Assembly (NCBI GenBank): GCA_963706595.1
Contig: OY970166.1
Span: 3,200,001 to 3,264,000 of the forward strand
Origin: an uncultured cyanobacterium
GTDB lineage: Bacteria > Cyanobacteriota > Cyanobacteriia > Cyanobacteriales > Nostocaceae
Length of the DNA: 64,000 nt
Reading direction: 5' to 3'
The position numbers and the translations under genes are program-made. Under the pieces are notes generated by a model. That model saw only the letters and a list, made by a program, of their open reading frames with translations, was not told the origin of the DNA and made no database searches. This document shows, one piece after another, positions 21,222-32,091 of the stretch (its first letter is position 1; each line of letters opens with the position of its first letter).

Positions 21222-21371
21222 TTACTCACTTTTCCTCACTTTCCTTGACAAGCCGCGAATAAGCTCACGCATTACATCAGTTTTAGTTCTTGCCACCTGC
21301 TCACAGTACGCCTCCAGCCAATCTAGTTCTTGTTGTGGAATCCTGATTGTTATTCGTCTTTCGTCTTTCAT
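21222..21371 (-). CDS. Small ribbon-helix-helix (CopG/Arc-like) protein, 49 aa
   Basis: Manual translation MKDERRITIRIPQQELDWLEAYCEQVARTKTDVMRELIRGLSRKVRKSE; divergent from tnpB; below the track size cut-off. Confidence 0.75.
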   Translation of the reverse strand: MKDERRITIRIPQQELDWLEAYCEQVARTKTDVMRELIRGLSRKVRKSE

Positions 21372-21400
21372 CGTCTGCTAATATGCTGTACAATAAGTAG

Positions 21401-22579
21401 ATGATACTAGGATTTAAGACAGAACTCAAATTAAACAATAATCACCGCACTGAACTATTGAAACACTGTGGCGTAGCTCGTCACGCTTGGAACTGGGGAC
21501 TAGCTTTAACCAAGCAAATACTCGACCACAATAAAGCCAATCCAGAGGAGAAAATTAAATTTCCCTCTGCGATTGACTTGCATAAGTGGTTGGTAGCATT
21601 GGTAAAGCCTGAGAACCCTTGGTACTTTGAAGTATCAAAGTGTGCGCCGCAATATGCACTGCGTAGGCTCAAAACAGCCTGGGATAGATGCTTTAAAAAA
21701 GTATCAGGCGCTCCCAAGTTCAAGAAGAAAGGAAAATCTGACTCATTTGAGTTAGACGGAACAATTAAAATTCGTGGTACTCACAAAATCCAAGTTCCCA
21801 AGTTAGGCGTACTGAAAACATACGAGAGATTGCCCCAGGTTCAGCCTAAGTCCGTGACCATTAGTCGCACTGCTGACCGTTGGTATATCTCGTTTCGGAT
21901 TGAGGTAGAGCCGACAGACACGCATTCGCTAGTTGACGTTGTAGGCGTTGACTTGGGTGTTAAATATCTTGCTACGTTATCGACTGGAGAAGTGTTTGAA
22001 GGCGCGAAATCATACCGCACTTTAGAGACCAAACTATCTAGACTGCAATGGATAAACCGCCATAAGGTTAAAGGTTCCGCTAACTGGAAAAAAGCGCAAT
22101 CCAAAATTGCACGACTACACCAACGCATTGCTAATATCCGCAAAGATACATTACATAAACTCACTACTTATCTAGCCAAGAACCACGGCACTGTAGTAAT
22201 TGAGGATCTAAATGTGTCTGGGATGATGGCGAACAGGAAACTAGCTAAGGCCATCGCTGACATGGGATTTTATGAGTTTCGTCATCAGTTAGAGTACAAA
22301 ACTAAACTCTATGGCAGTGAGTTGGTAGTAGTTGATAGATGGTATCCCAGCAGCAAAACTTGCTCCCACTGTGGAGTCAAGAAAGAATCTCTATCACTCA
22401 AAGAACGTGTATTCAAGTGTGAACATTGCGGGTTTGAATGTGATAGGGATCTAAACGCGGCAATTAATCTCAAAAACGCGGCGAGTCACGCCGTGTCAGC
22501 TTGTGGACTGGTGAGTGCCGACACTGCCAGGATGAAGCAAGAAGATTTCAGTTTGTTAGCAAACGTTAGTAAATTATGA
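21401..22579 (+). CDS. tnpB: RNA-guided endonuclease TnpB (IS607-type)
   Basis: N-terminal HTH (GVARHAWNWGL), RuvC triad GVDLG / IEDL / DRDLNAAIN, zinc finger CSHC..CEHC, tail ACG...MKQE. Confidence 0.93.
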   Translation: MILGFKTELKLNNNHRTELLKHCGVARHAWNWGLALTKQILDHNKANPEEKIKFPSAIDLHKWLVALVKPENPWYFEVSKCAPQYALRRLKTAWDRCFKKVSGAPKFKKKGKSDSFELDGTIKIRGTHKIQVPKLGVLKTYERLPQVQPKSVTISRTADRWYISFRIEVEPTDTHSLVDVVGVDLGVKYLATLSTGEVFEGAKSYRTLETKLSRLQWINRHKVKGSANWKKAQSKIARLHQRIANIRKDTLHKLTTYLAKNHGTVVIEDLNVSGMMANRKLAKAIADMGFYEFRHQLEYKTKLYGSELVVVDRWYPSSKTCSHCGVKKESLSLKERVFKCEHCGFECDRDLNAAINLKNAASHAVSACGLVSADTARMKQEDFSLLANVSKL

Positions 22580-22689
22580 ACGGAGATCAGAAAGACGCGA
22601 TGAATCGGAATTTTAGAAACAAAGAAAGAAATATAGAAATAAAGAAATAAAGAAATAAAGACGCGATGAATCGCGTCTCTACAATCAGG

Positions 22690-23634
22690 CTATTCAACTA
22701 AACTATTCAGTTGGTTTAAGGTGTTGTTGCGTTCACGCTCAATTTGTCTGACTAAATCGGCTGGAAGTTGGGATCTTTTAGTTAAGGCTTTGTCGAAATT
22801 AACAACAGCTTCCTGGATGATTGACTGACTTTTATCTTGTTGTCCCTGTTTTTTCAGGATTTGAGCTTTCAAATAATACAACTCTGGGTGATCAGATGTG
22901 GTTTTTAAAGCACTGTTGACATATTCCAAAGCCTGAGAATACTGTTTTAAATCGCGATAAGCAAGGGCTATGCCCCTATCCGCCAAGTATTTCGGTCCAG
23001 CATTTGTTTTTAACCTCGCGATCGCATCATCAGGATTAGCAAAGGGTAAATTTACAGATAGCATCAAATCCATGTAGCCTTTGAGCAAATTTAGTTCTGG
23101 ATCTTGAGGTGCGATCGCTTCGGCTCTGTCTAAATGCTGATAAACTTGTCGCAGCCGAGTTAAGGCTTGGGGCGCACCTTTGAGTGTACCATCACGGGTG
23201 AGAATTGTTGCTCCTTCAAAAAAATGTCCGACAGCAGTGTATATATTTCCCCGTAACTCGTCTGTAGCAATTAACTTTTGTCCTGCTTCTAAAGTTTTCT
23301 TGCTGTAAGTACCCAGTGTCGCAAAATCTTTATTTGTGTATGCTAAAGATGCCTTCATTGCATAAGCTAGAGGTTCATTTGGTTCATTGGCTATTGCTTT
23401 TTGCAGGTAACTGTCTGCTGCTAAATAATCACCCTTTTGGAAAACTGCTTTAAAAGCAGCTTCTGTATTGTCTCCAATATTACGCGGTTCGTTAGTGCGG
23501 AATGGATCGCCAGCCAGAGACGGATTCACCCACAAATTAAGTGCGATCGCAGTTGCAAGAGTAGTCTGAGCAAGCTGAGAAAGTTTAGCAAGCCCTATGT
23601 GTTGAGGAGTATAAAACTGTTTATTCATTGTCAC
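22690..23634 (-). CDS. Exported TPR-repeat protein (Sll0314/Alr1548-like)
   Basis: Signal-like N-terminus followed by AGDPFR; helical TPR repeats; ATG at 23628 is an alternative start. Confidence 0.75.
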   Translation of the reverse strand: MTMNKQFYTPQHIGLAKLSQLAQTTLATAIALNLWVNPSLAGDPFRTNEPRNIGDNTEAAFKAVFQKGDYLAADSYLQKAIANEPNEPLAYAMKASLAYTNKDFATLGTYSKKTLEAGQKLIATDELRGNIYTAVGHFFEGATILTRDGTLKGAPQALTRLRQVYQHLDRAEAIAPQDPELNLLKGYMDLMLSVNLPFANPDDAIARLKTNAGPKYLADRGIALAYRDLKQYSQALEYVNSALKTTSDHPELYYLKAQILKKQGQQDKSQSIIQEAVVNFDKALTKRSQLPADLVRQIERERNNTLNQLNSLVE

Positions 23635-24002
23635 CTTTTAAAAAAATGTGGTTAAGATTGTTATATCTGTTACTTAGAATTCTAAAGAAAATTAACTATA
23701 ATTTGTGTCGGTTTCAGATCAAATATTCTACACAGAATGACTGCGATGATTGTGCCATGTTCCCATTTTTGTAGCTTTTGTTAAAAGTGAAGTCTGTCAC
23801 AATGTATAAAAGAATCAGGGGATATTTTTGCAGATTGTATCCGGTTTTCACCAAAAAAACTGGTAATTTCCGGGAAATTCAGACTAAAATTCAAACCCTG
23901 TAGAAAAAATTGCATGGAACGTCTCTACATTGTGACAAAGCTTTTGATCATTTTCTAGTTACTCTTAGGAGTAATCCGCCAACTTTTTAATAGTCCTAAC
24001 AA

Positions 24003-24677
24003 ATGCTCTATCTCAGAAATATAACTTATCATCCCACAGCCAGCCCAGCCGCGATTCTCAAATCAATTAATCTGGAATTAGCACCCCAGCAGCTGGGTAT
24101 GATTATTGGTCCGAGTGGTTCTGGTAAAAGTACCTTACTCGAAATTTTGTCTGGACTAGCCGAACCAACTTCCGGCTCACTATTCTGGCGGGAACAAGAA
24201 CTGATCCCAGAACAGCTACAACAATTGGCTGGGTTAGTATTTCAGTTTCCAGAAAGGCACTTTTGCGGTGGTACTATTTTAGACGAATTACGTTTAGGGC
24301 ATCCTGAGTTAGGTTCAGAGCGAGTCAGGGGAGCATTAAGCGAAGTGGGATTAGAGCATTTATCGCTTTCCGCCGCACCTCATGCTTTGAGTGGTGGACA
24401 GCAGAGGCGTTTGGCTTTGGCGGTGCAATTGATTCGTCAGCCGAATATACTGTTATTGGATGAACCCACAGCCGGGTTAGATTGGTCAATGCGTCAGCAA
24501 TTGGTAAATTTATTGGCGAAACTCAAAAAAGATTGGACACTGTTGGTAGTGACTCATGATGCTGGGGATATGCTGGCGATCGCCGACCGATGTTGGACAC
24601 TCAGCCACGGTGAACTACAATCAGTAGACCCAGCCATACTGAAAGCCAAAGCTCAAGAAGCCCAAAAGCCAGTGTGA
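24003..24677 (+). CDS. ABC transporter ATP-binding protein (ECF/CbiO-like)
   Basis: GPSGSGKST, VFQFPE, LSGGQ and LLLDEPT motifs. Confidence 0.88.
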   Translation: MLYLRNITYHPTASPAAILKSINLELAPQQLGMIIGPSGSGKSTLLEILSGLAEPTSGSLFWREQELIPEQLQQLAGLVFQFPERHFCGGTILDELRLGHPELGSERVRGALSEVGLEHLSLSAAPHALSGGQQRRLALAVQLIRQPNILLLDEPTAGLDWSMRQQLVNLLAKLKKDWTLLVVTHDAGDMLAIADRCWTLSHGELQSVDPAILKAKAQEAQKPV

Positions 24678-24710
24678 GAGAGATAACTGTTGACCAATGA
24701 CTAATGACGA

Positions 24711-25463
24711 ATGACTAACTCAACAACTCCGTTATTGCCAGAAATGTCAGAACTATGGCAACAAACCCTAAATTGGCAACCCAACGAACAGCAGCAGCAA
24801 CAATTTCAGCAGTTGTATGAATTAATTGTAGTAGGTAATCGACAATTAAATTTAACCCGCATTACCGAACCCCAAGAATTTTGGGAAAAACATCTTTGGG
24901 ATTCTTTGCGCGGAATTGCACCACAAGGGCAGTTTATCCCATCGCTCTCAGAAAAAACTTCTATAATTGATATTGGCACAGGTGCGGGTTTTCCCGGAAT
25001 TCCCGTAGGGATTACCATGCCTAATTGTACAATTACTCTCCTAGATTCCACCCGGAAAAAGATTAATTTTATCGACGAAATATTGACTCAATTAACTCTC
25101 AAAAATGCCAAAACTTTGATTGGTAGAGCCGAAGAAATAGGTCATCATCCCCAGCACCGTAAAACCTACGATGTGGCTTTAATTCGCGCAGTTAGTAATG
25201 CCTCTGTCTGTGCAGAGTATACTCTACCATTGCTCAAACAGGGTGGTTTAGCTGTAATTTATCGTGGTAATTGGACAGAAGAAGAAACTAAATCTTTGCA
25301 AAATGCTGTTAACCAATTGGGCGGAATAATTGAATCAATTGATCAATTTACAACTCCTTTAACTAACAGCATTCGTCATTGTTTGTATTTGCGAAAAGTA
25401 GTCAATACCCCAGCTAGTTTTCCTCGTGGTGCTGGTGTAGCAACGCAAAAGCCTCTGTCATAG
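24711..25463 (+). CDS. rsmG: 16S rRNA m7G527 methyltransferase
   Basis: NLTRI, HLWDSL, DIGTGAGFPG, GRAEE and RAV motifs. Confidence 0.95.
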   Translation: MTNSTTPLLPEMSELWQQTLNWQPNEQQQQQFQQLYELIVVGNRQLNLTRITEPQEFWEKHLWDSLRGIAPQGQFIPSLSEKTSIIDIGTGAGFPGIPVGITMPNCTITLLDSTRKKINFIDEILTQLTLKNAKTLIGRAEEIGHHPQHRKTYDVALIRAVSNASVCAEYTLPLLKQGGLAVIYRGNWTEEETKSLQNAVNQLGGIIESIDQFTTPLTNSIRHCLYLRKVVNTPASFPRGAGVATQKPLS

Positions 25464-25616
25464 AACCTCACCCCAACCCTCTCCTTAGTAAGGAGAGGGA
25501 GCCGGAATCATGATATTTGATAGATTATTTAATGAATAATTTAAAATATTTATAGTAATCCTATTTTATTTTTGATAAGTAGGTCAACCTAATTAAATAT
25601 AAAACATTGACGATAT

Positions 25617-25650
25617 AGATCCCCGACTTCTTTGAGAAGTCGGGGATCTG
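25617..25650. repeat. Palindromic repeat AGATCCCCGACTTCTTTGAGAAGTCGGGGATCT
   Basis: Perfect stem; degenerate copy at about 19176-19205. Confidence 0.6.
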
Positions 25651-25774
25651 GATATTACGTTTTTTAAGTTTGAGTTACTTAGTTGGCTTAACGTAGCCAT
25701 AAATGTATTTTTTAATGCAACCACAGAGACACAGAGGACGCAGAGAGATTACAAAGATAGATGATTTGGGATGG

Positions 25775-27019
25775 CTAAAGTTGTAGTTTCTGAGTGATTG
25801 ATTGTACTAAGTTGTGCAAGTTAGTAGCAGTTTTTTCGGGTTTTCCATCTATGGGAAATACTAAGACACTTTTGATATCTTTGTTATTAATTATGTCTGC
25901 TAAACGATGAAATTGATTGTCACTAATGCCAATTCCATCCACATCTCTCACATATTTTAATTCTTCTTGGTAATTCGCATCATTATAAACTTGAATAAAC
26001 ACTCTATCGACGTTCCAGTTTGGCCAATCAGCAGCAAAGTATCTTTTAGCCCAATAAGGGTTATGATGGGAAATATCAAAACTAACTTTGGGGTTAGCTT
26101 GTTTAATTCCACTAACCATTTCTTGGACAAACTTTGTTAAGTTGGCGGTACGGTCTACTTGTCCTGGTAGTTCAGCATGATATCCTAAATAATCATCCCA
26201 CTGCACTGCATCAATTTGGGGATATTTGGTAACAAATTCGACGGAGATATTTTTAAAGAAATTAGCAATTTCTGGTATCTCTACATCTAAAACATAATGT
26301 TCAATATTAGAGTAAGTTCTATCTATTCCAGGAACTACCCATCGGCGCGCGATCGCTAAATCGAAAATTGGACTATTTTTATCGATTTTAATGCCTTTTT
26401 CAAAATAAGCATGAACTTCCATATCTTGCTTATGTGCTTCATCAATCAGCCAATCTAACCATTTATCTTGAAACTTATTAGGACAGCTTTTAACCCCTAA
26501 TTTTGTTTGCATGACTTCGCTGTTATACATTGTACAACCATTACCCCAAACACCATGAATGATTGTATTAAATCCCTGGGAACTATATAAACGTACTCGT
26601 TGGCGAATGGTTTTTTCGTTAGCATTATTCGTAATATGGTAACGGCTGAAATAAATCCCTCTAATGGCTTTTTTCTCCCAAGGCGTTTGAGGTAATGCTG
26701 TTTTTTGCTGAGGTGTTATTGGTGGTGAAACTGGTTCTGGTTTCGCTTCGGGTTTTACTGTGTTTGTGGGTGTGAGTGTGGGTGTCGGTGTGGGTTTGGG
26801 TGTCGGTGTAGGAGTTAAAATAGGGGTGGGAGTTGGATTCAAAATCGGGATGGCGATTTGTTGATTCTCAGATAAAAGGTTTGTCACAAGATTGGTGATC
26901 ATGTCTCGATTACCTTTTTGGCTCAACAACCACCAACTACCTCCTAAAAGCAATAAAATTACTGATATGGGAATATTCGCGCATCCACACCCCTTTGGCT
27001 CTTTTTTCGGTTGCGACAT
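25775..27019 (-). CDS. Glycosyl hydrolase-like 10 (DUF187) family protein with Pro/Thr linker
   Basis: N-terminal TM segment, PT repeats, IRGIY, GFNTI, EAHK..MEVHAYFE and VQWDDY. Confidence 0.8.
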   Translation of the reverse strand: MSQPKKEPKGCGCANIPISVILLLLGGSWWLLSQKGNRDMITNLVTNLLSENQQIAIPILNPTPTPILTPTPTPKPTPTPTLTPTNTVKPEAKPEPVSPPITPQQKTALPQTPWEKKAIRGIYFSRYHITNNANEKTIRQRVRLYSSQGFNTIIHGVWGNGCTMYNSEVMQTKLGVKSCPNKFQDKWLDWLIDEAHKQDMEVHAYFEKGIKIDKNSPIFDLAIARRWVVPGIDRTYSNIEHYVLDVEIPEIANFFKNISVEFVTKYPQIDAVQWDDYLGYHAELPGQVDRTANLTKFVQEMVSGIKQANPKVSFDISHHNPYWAKRYFAADWPNWNVDRVFIQVYNDANYQEELKYVRDVDGIGISDNQFHRLADIINNKDIKSVLVFPIDGKPEKTATNLHNLVQSITQKLQL

Positions 27020-27169
27020 GGTATATGCTTACTCCCTGATGATCTGCATCTATCTAATATGTAGCATCAAGATGGATCGCTGGGATTCCGGGAAAACTCT
27101 TAATTGTGCGATCGCCTACAATAGATAAAACCATAGCTTTGAGTAATAATTTTATGGAGGTTAAGAAAA

Positions 27170-27691
27170 ATGACACAGGAATTAACAGACCTCAGAAATA
27201 GCATTTTACAAGGAAATTACGCAGATGCTTTGGCTATTGTTGATGAGTTAGAGGGGATGAGTAGACAAGCAATTTTGCGTAATATCAAGTCTTATGTCAA
27301 TATTTTGTTAATTCATTTAATTAAAAACCAAGTAGAACAGCGATTAACAAATTCTTGGGTGGCTTCTATTCGCAATTCTATTCGAGAAGTTAAAAAGCTG
27401 AATATCAAAGATAATAATAAATCTTATTATGTCAATCTAGATGAATGGGAAAATTTGATTGAGGAAGAAGTAATTGAAGATGCGATCGCTGATGCTAGTG
27501 TGGAGGTGATGAATGGTAAATACAGTCAATTTCAACTGGCTGATCTAATAGATAGAACCGAGTTAATTGAGAATGCTTTAAAATTTTTAGTGTTAACTTA
27601 TTCCTATTCAGCCAAAAAATTACCGGCAATTGTCGCAGAAAGTTTAACTCAGTTACCAGGTGGTGAAGATTGGAAAGCAGGGAGATGGTAA
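27170..27691 (+). CDS. DUF29 family protein
   Basis: VDELEGMS, LLIHLIK and SW.ASIRN motifs. Confidence 0.8.
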   Translation: MTQELTDLRNSILQGNYADALAIVDELEGMSRQAILRNIKSYVNILLIHLIKNQVEQRLTNSWVASIRNSIREVKKLNIKDNNKSYYVNLDEWENLIEEEVIEDAIADASVEVMNGKYSQFQLADLIDRTELIENALKFLVLTYSYSAKKLPAIVAESLTQLPGGEDWKAGRW

Positions 27692-27694
27692 GCC

Positions 27695-28204
27695 ATGACA
27701 CAGGAATTAACTGATCTCAGAAATAGCATTTTACAAGGACGTTATGCAGATGCTTTGGCTATTGTTGATGAGTTAGAGGGGATGAGTAAAAAGGCGATTC
27801 TGCGGCAAATTAAATCTTTTCTTAAGATTTTATTGATTCATTTAATTAAAAATCAAGTGGAACAACGATTAACAAATTCTTGGATTGCTTCGATTCGCAA
27901 TGCAATTTTAGAAATTCAAGATGTGAATCTCAAAGAAAACAAAAAATCCTATTATGTCAATCAAGATGAATGGGAAGATTTTATAAATGATGTGGTAATT
28001 GAAAGTGCGATCGCTGATGCTAGTTTGGAAGTGATGAATGGCAAATATACTCGCACTCAATTATCCGCAAAACTTGATAAAAACGAGATTACAACTACAG
28101 CAATTAGATTTCTAGCTTTAACTTATACTTATTCAGCTAAGGAATTACCAGCAATTATGGATGATTATTTGAGTCAGTTACCAGGAGGAGAAATTTGGAG
28201 ATAG
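27695..28204 (+). CDS. DUF29 family protein, tandem paralog
   Basis: Highly similar to the preceding ORF along its whole length. Confidence 0.8.
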   Translation: MTQELTDLRNSILQGRYADALAIVDELEGMSKKAILRQIKSFLKILLIHLIKNQVEQRLTNSWIASIRNAILEIQDVNLKENKKSYYVNQDEWEDFINDVVIESAIADASLEVMNGKYTRTQLSAKLDKNEITTTAIRFLALTYTYSAKELPAIMDDYLSQLPGGEIWR

Positions 28205-28349
28205 AAATTTTTAATTAACAGGCTATAGCGGTATTCATAGCCCCCTCCTCGCTTGCGGGGAGGGGGTTGGGGGTGGGGTTCTTGTCATAGCTGTATTTAG
28301 GATGATGGTGGGTTACGCTATCGCTAACCCACCCTACAATTAACAAAAA

Positions 28350-29771
28350 TTAACCAAAATGTTTGATGATTGCGTCAGCAAATTCAGAACATTTTAAGGG
28401 TTCTACTGGTGGTTCTAGCAATCGGGCTAAATCGTAAGTTACTTGACTGTTAGCGATCGCATCCCCTAAGCCTTGTTTTACCAAATCGGCGGCTTCTTGC
28501 CAACCCATAAATTCCAGCATCATCACACCGGAAAGAATTACCGAACCGGGATTAATCCGATCTAAGCCGGCGTGTTTGGGTGCAGTCCCGTGGGTAGCTT
28601 CAAATATGGCACAGATATCGCCGATATTTGCCCCTGGCCCCATTCCTAAACCGCCGACAATGGCCGCAGCCGCATCAGACAAGTAATCGCCGTTTAAGTT
28701 CATTGTGGCGAGAATTGAATACTCATCGGGTCTGGTTTGGATTTGTTGGAAAATACTGTCAGCAATCCGGTCATTGACCATAATTTTGTCTTTCCATTGA
28801 CCGTTTCCGTGGGTTTCCCAAATTGTGCTGAGAACGGTTTCGACTTCCTGGAGAATTTGCGCTTGCTTCTCTGGTGTCAGGGAATCATAACCTGGATCAA
28901 TCTCACGGGCGTTAGCTGCGGCGGAAATATCAGGATTTTTCTCTTTATTGCTTAAAATCCAAGATTCTCTTTCTGTAACGCATTCAGCCCGAAATTCACT
29001 GGTAACTAATTCATAACCCCAATCACGGAAAGCACCTTCGGTATACTTCATAATATTGCCCTTATGCACCAGTGTTACCTGTTGCTTGGCTTTAGGCAAT
29101 AACAAAGCGTGTTTCATCGCTCTCCGTACTAAGCGTTGAGAACCTGTTTTGCTGATAGGTTTGATACCAATACCAGAATCCAGGGGAATTTGCTTTTTGC
29201 CGTGTTCTGGGGTGGCGGGGATGAGTTCTTCATTGAGGATTTTAATCAGGCGATCGCCTATTTCACTGCCCTGTTTCCACTCAATCCCCAAATAAATATC
29301 TTCGGTATTTTCCCGATAAACAATTACATCGAGTTTCTCAGGGTTTTTGTGGGGCGAAGGTGTGCCTGCATAATAACGACAAGGACGCACACAGGCATAT
29401 AAATCAAAAATTTGCCGTAGCGCTACATTTAAAGAACGAATTCCACCACCTATGGGGGTAGTCAAAGGACCTTTAATCGCTATACCATATTCTTTGATAG
29501 CGGTTAAAGTGTCTTGAGGTAAATACTGATAAGTTCCGTATAATTCACAGGCTTCATCACCAGCGTAAACCTTAAACCAACTAATTTGACGTTTTCCCTG
29601 GTATGCCTTAGCTACCGCCGCATCTAGCACCTTTTGGGTAGCAGGCCAAATATCTATACCTGTGCCATCGCCCCGAATAAAGGGGATAATTGGATTATCC
29701 GGCACAATCGGTTCACCATTTTTAAAGGTGATTTTTGTTCCAGTGGTGGGGGGGTTAATCTTGTCGTACAT
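28350..29771 (-). CDS. icd: NADP-dependent isocitrate dehydrogenase
   Basis: [24 protein letters not shown] and EATHGTAP motifs. Confidence 0.97.
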   Translation of the reverse strand: MYDKINPPTTGTKITFKNGEPIVPDNPIIPFIRGDGTGIDIWPATQKVLDAAVAKAYQGKRQISWFKVYAGDEACELYGTYQYLPQDTLTAIKEYGIAIKGPLTTPIGGGIRSLNVALRQIFDLYACVRPCRYYAGTPSPHKNPEKLDVIVYRENTEDIYLGIEWKQGSEIGDRLIKILNEELIPATPEHGKKQIPLDSGIGIKPISKTGSQRLVRRAMKHALLLPKAKQQVTLVHKGNIMKYTEGAFRDWGYELVTSEFRAECVTERESWILSNKEKNPDISAAANAREIDPGYDSLTPEKQAQILQEVETVLSTIWETHGNGQWKDKIMVNDRIADSIFQQIQTRPDEYSILATMNLNGDYLSDAAAAIVGGLGMGPGANIGDICAIFEATHGTAPKHAGLDRINPGSVILSGVMMLEFMGWQEAADLVKQGLGDAIANSQVTYDLARLLEPPVEPLKCSEFADAIIKHFG

Positions 29772-30170
29772 ACTTCAAACATTCCTGAACGATACGCCAC
29801 CCGCCAAACAATCTTGCTTTGACAGGCTGGCTAATTTTACTGTGTCTTTTGTTCACCAAGTCACAAGGCGCAGATTTTCCCCTTATTCCCCTTATACAGT
29901 CTTTGGGGTGAACGAAGAGGCAGGGGGGCAGGGGGCAGGGGAGACTCCTTTTTCCCTACTTCCTGCTTCATTGCTTCTTCTTTAAGCTATGAAATTTAGT
30001 CATAGCTTGCGTGGTGATGTAGCCATAGCCATTGCGATTTTGTACAATTGCCTCCGGCACTGCGCGTAGTGCAATCAAAAATAGTAAACTACTTTTCGCT
30101 ACTAGTGCTTCACCTTTGAGAACACCCGATAGCCAACCGCTTTTTCACTGAACGCTAACAGATTAATGGC

Positions 30171-30896
30171 ATGACAGACCCCATGATTTTATCAGGCACT
30201 GCTGACATCGACTCCCTCCGACAATCGCTAATTGCTGGGTCTCTTCAAGTCCAACAACAAATCATCCCACAGTTGGCTAACTTGGGTAATGAGGGATTAG
30301 ATGTGTTGATGGAATTTTTACAAAAACGACGCGAAGAACCAGCAACTTGGATTGATGGTAAAGCTTACCAAGTCCTCTACAACTGTGATGCACCTCAAGT
30401 TCAAGAATTTCTGCTTGACTGTTTTCCTGAAGGAATTGTACCTCTAAAATCAGAGTGTGGGATTGATTACAATCCTTTGCAACAACTACTCGCTGTCCAA
30501 GATTTCCAAGCTGCTGACCTCGTGAGTATCCAAAAAATGTGTGAACTGGCGGGGCCAATGGCTGTGCAGAGAAAATGGTTGTATTTTACGGAAGTGGAAA
30601 ATGCGCCCATTATTGACTTACAAACTATTAACAACCTTTGGTTAGTCCACTCAGAAGGTAAATTTGGCTTTTCGGTACAGCGAGAAATTTGGTTGAGTTT
30701 GGGCAAAAACTGGGAAAGTTTATGGTCTAAAATTGGCTGGAAAAGCGGTAATAACTGGACGCGATACCCTAACCAGTTTACTTGGGATTTAACCGCCCCT
30801 AAAGGTCATTTACCCCTGTCTAATCAATTGCGGGGGGTACGGGTAATGGCGGCGTTATTGTCTCACCCAGCTTGGGCTAAAAGTAACAAAATTTGA
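30171..30896 (+). CDS. gun4: GUN4 domain protein (Mg-chelatase cofactor, Ycf53)
   Basis: DYNPLQQLL, DLQTINNLW.VHSEGKFGFSVQ and APKGHLP motifs. Confidence 0.88.
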   Translation: MTDPMILSGTADIDSLRQSLIAGSLQVQQQIIPQLANLGNEGLDVLMEFLQKRREEPATWIDGKAYQVLYNCDAPQVQEFLLDCFPEGIVPLKSECGIDYNPLQQLLAVQDFQAADLVSIQKMCELAGPMAVQRKWLYFTEVENAPIIDLQTINNLWLVHSEGKFGFSVQREIWLSLGKNWESLWSKIGWKSGNNWTRYPNQFTWDLTAPKGHLPLSNQLRGVRVMAALLSHPAWAKSNKI

Positions 30897-30961
30897 TAGG
30901 GTGAAAGGGTTTGAATGGCCTTGATCCGCAGAAATTCAAAGTTAAAATTTTCAATCGGCTT

Positions 30962-32074
30962 ATGGCAAAAGTTCAATTAGAAGACATTAGGCGTAAATTC
31001 AATAACGTCACGGCTATCGAAGATATTACCTTTGAAATTCCTGATGGAGAATTTTGGGTGTTAGTGGGGCCTTCTGGTTGTGGTAAATCTACGATTTTAC
31101 GCACGATCGCGGGGTTGGAATCGGCGACATCGGGTAATCTATTTATCGGCGATCGCTTGGTAAATAATATCCCCGCTAGACAAAGGGATATCGCGATGGT
31201 GTTCCAGAATTATGCCCTTTATCCCCACATGACGGTGGCGCAAAACATCGCCTTTGGTCTACAAATGCGGAAGGTTGATGCTAAAATTATTCAAGAACGA
31301 GTGGTGACTGTGGCGCGATCGCTTTCTCTCGAACATCTCCTAGACCGCAAACCCAAACAACTTTCTGGGGGACAGCAGCAACGGGTAGCATTAGGACGTG
31401 CGATCGCCCGTGAACCACAAGTATTTTTACTTGATGAACCTTTGTCTAATTTAGATGCTCAGTTACGAGATGATACTAGGGCAGAGTTGAAACAGTTACA
31501 TCAACAGTTAGGCATTACCACGATTTATGTGACTCATGACCAAGTTGAGGCGATGACTTTGGCTGATAAAATTGTGGTGTTAGATCGAGGGAGGATTCAG
31601 CAAATTGGTGATCCTCAAAGTATTTATGCCCTTCCTGCTAATCTCATGGTGGCAACTTTTTTGGGTAATCCACCTATGAATATTTTGCCAGCTGTCTATA
31701 AAAATGATGTTTTTGATTTGAGTGGTCAGTCTTTAGCGGTTCCATCTGTGGTGAGGGAAAAGGTGCAGTTACGCCAGGGTCAAAGTTTTGATCTGGGGAT
31801 TCGTCCTGAACATATCAGTATTAACGAACCGCCAAGTCGCCAAGTACGCCAAGAGGAAGAGTTGGGAGGGTTATCGGTTGAGGTGAAGGTGGTGGAACCT
31901 TTGGGACGGGAAACTTTGATTCGGGCGAGTTTACCGGGTTCAATGGCGGTGTTAAATATTCAGACGACTGCTGATGTGCGTCCGCGTCCAGGCGATCGCT
32001 TGTCTTTGCAACTTGATTTAAACCAGTTGTTTGTGTTTGATACTGCTACAGGCGATCGCATCTCACCGGAGTAA
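30962..32074 (+). CDS. Sugar ABC transporter ATP-binding subunit (MalK-like)
   Basis: GPSGCGKST, VFQNYALYPHM, LSGGQ and TOBE-like tail; ATG at 30962. Confidence 0.92.
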   Translation: MAKVQLEDIRRKFNNVTAIEDITFEIPDGEFWVLVGPSGCGKSTILRTIAGLESATSGNLFIGDRLVNNIPARQRDIAMVFQNYALYPHMTVAQNIAFGLQMRKVDAKIIQERVVTVARSLSLEHLLDRKPKQLSGGQQQRVALGRAIAREPQVFLLDEPLSNLDAQLRDDTRAELKQLHQQLGITTIYVTHDQVEAMTLADKIVVLDRGRIQQIGDPQSIYALPANLMVATFLGNPPMNILPAVYKNDVFDLSGQSLAVPSVVREKVQLRQGQSFDLGIRPEHISINEPPSRQVRQEEELGGLSVEVKVVEPLGRETLIRASLPGSMAVLNIQTTADVRPRPGDRLSLQLDLNQLFVFDTATGDRISPE

Positions 32075-32091
32075 AAGCCTGGGTATAAAAT

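Larger units (their letters stand above)
21193..22583 (+). mobile_element. IS607-like non-autonomous element (RHH gene plus tnpB, no tnpA)
   Basis: GG at both junctions, short CTAAC/CTCAC repeats at the left end with inverted GTTAG copies at the right end, terminus GAACGG; boundaries inferred. Confidence 0.6.
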
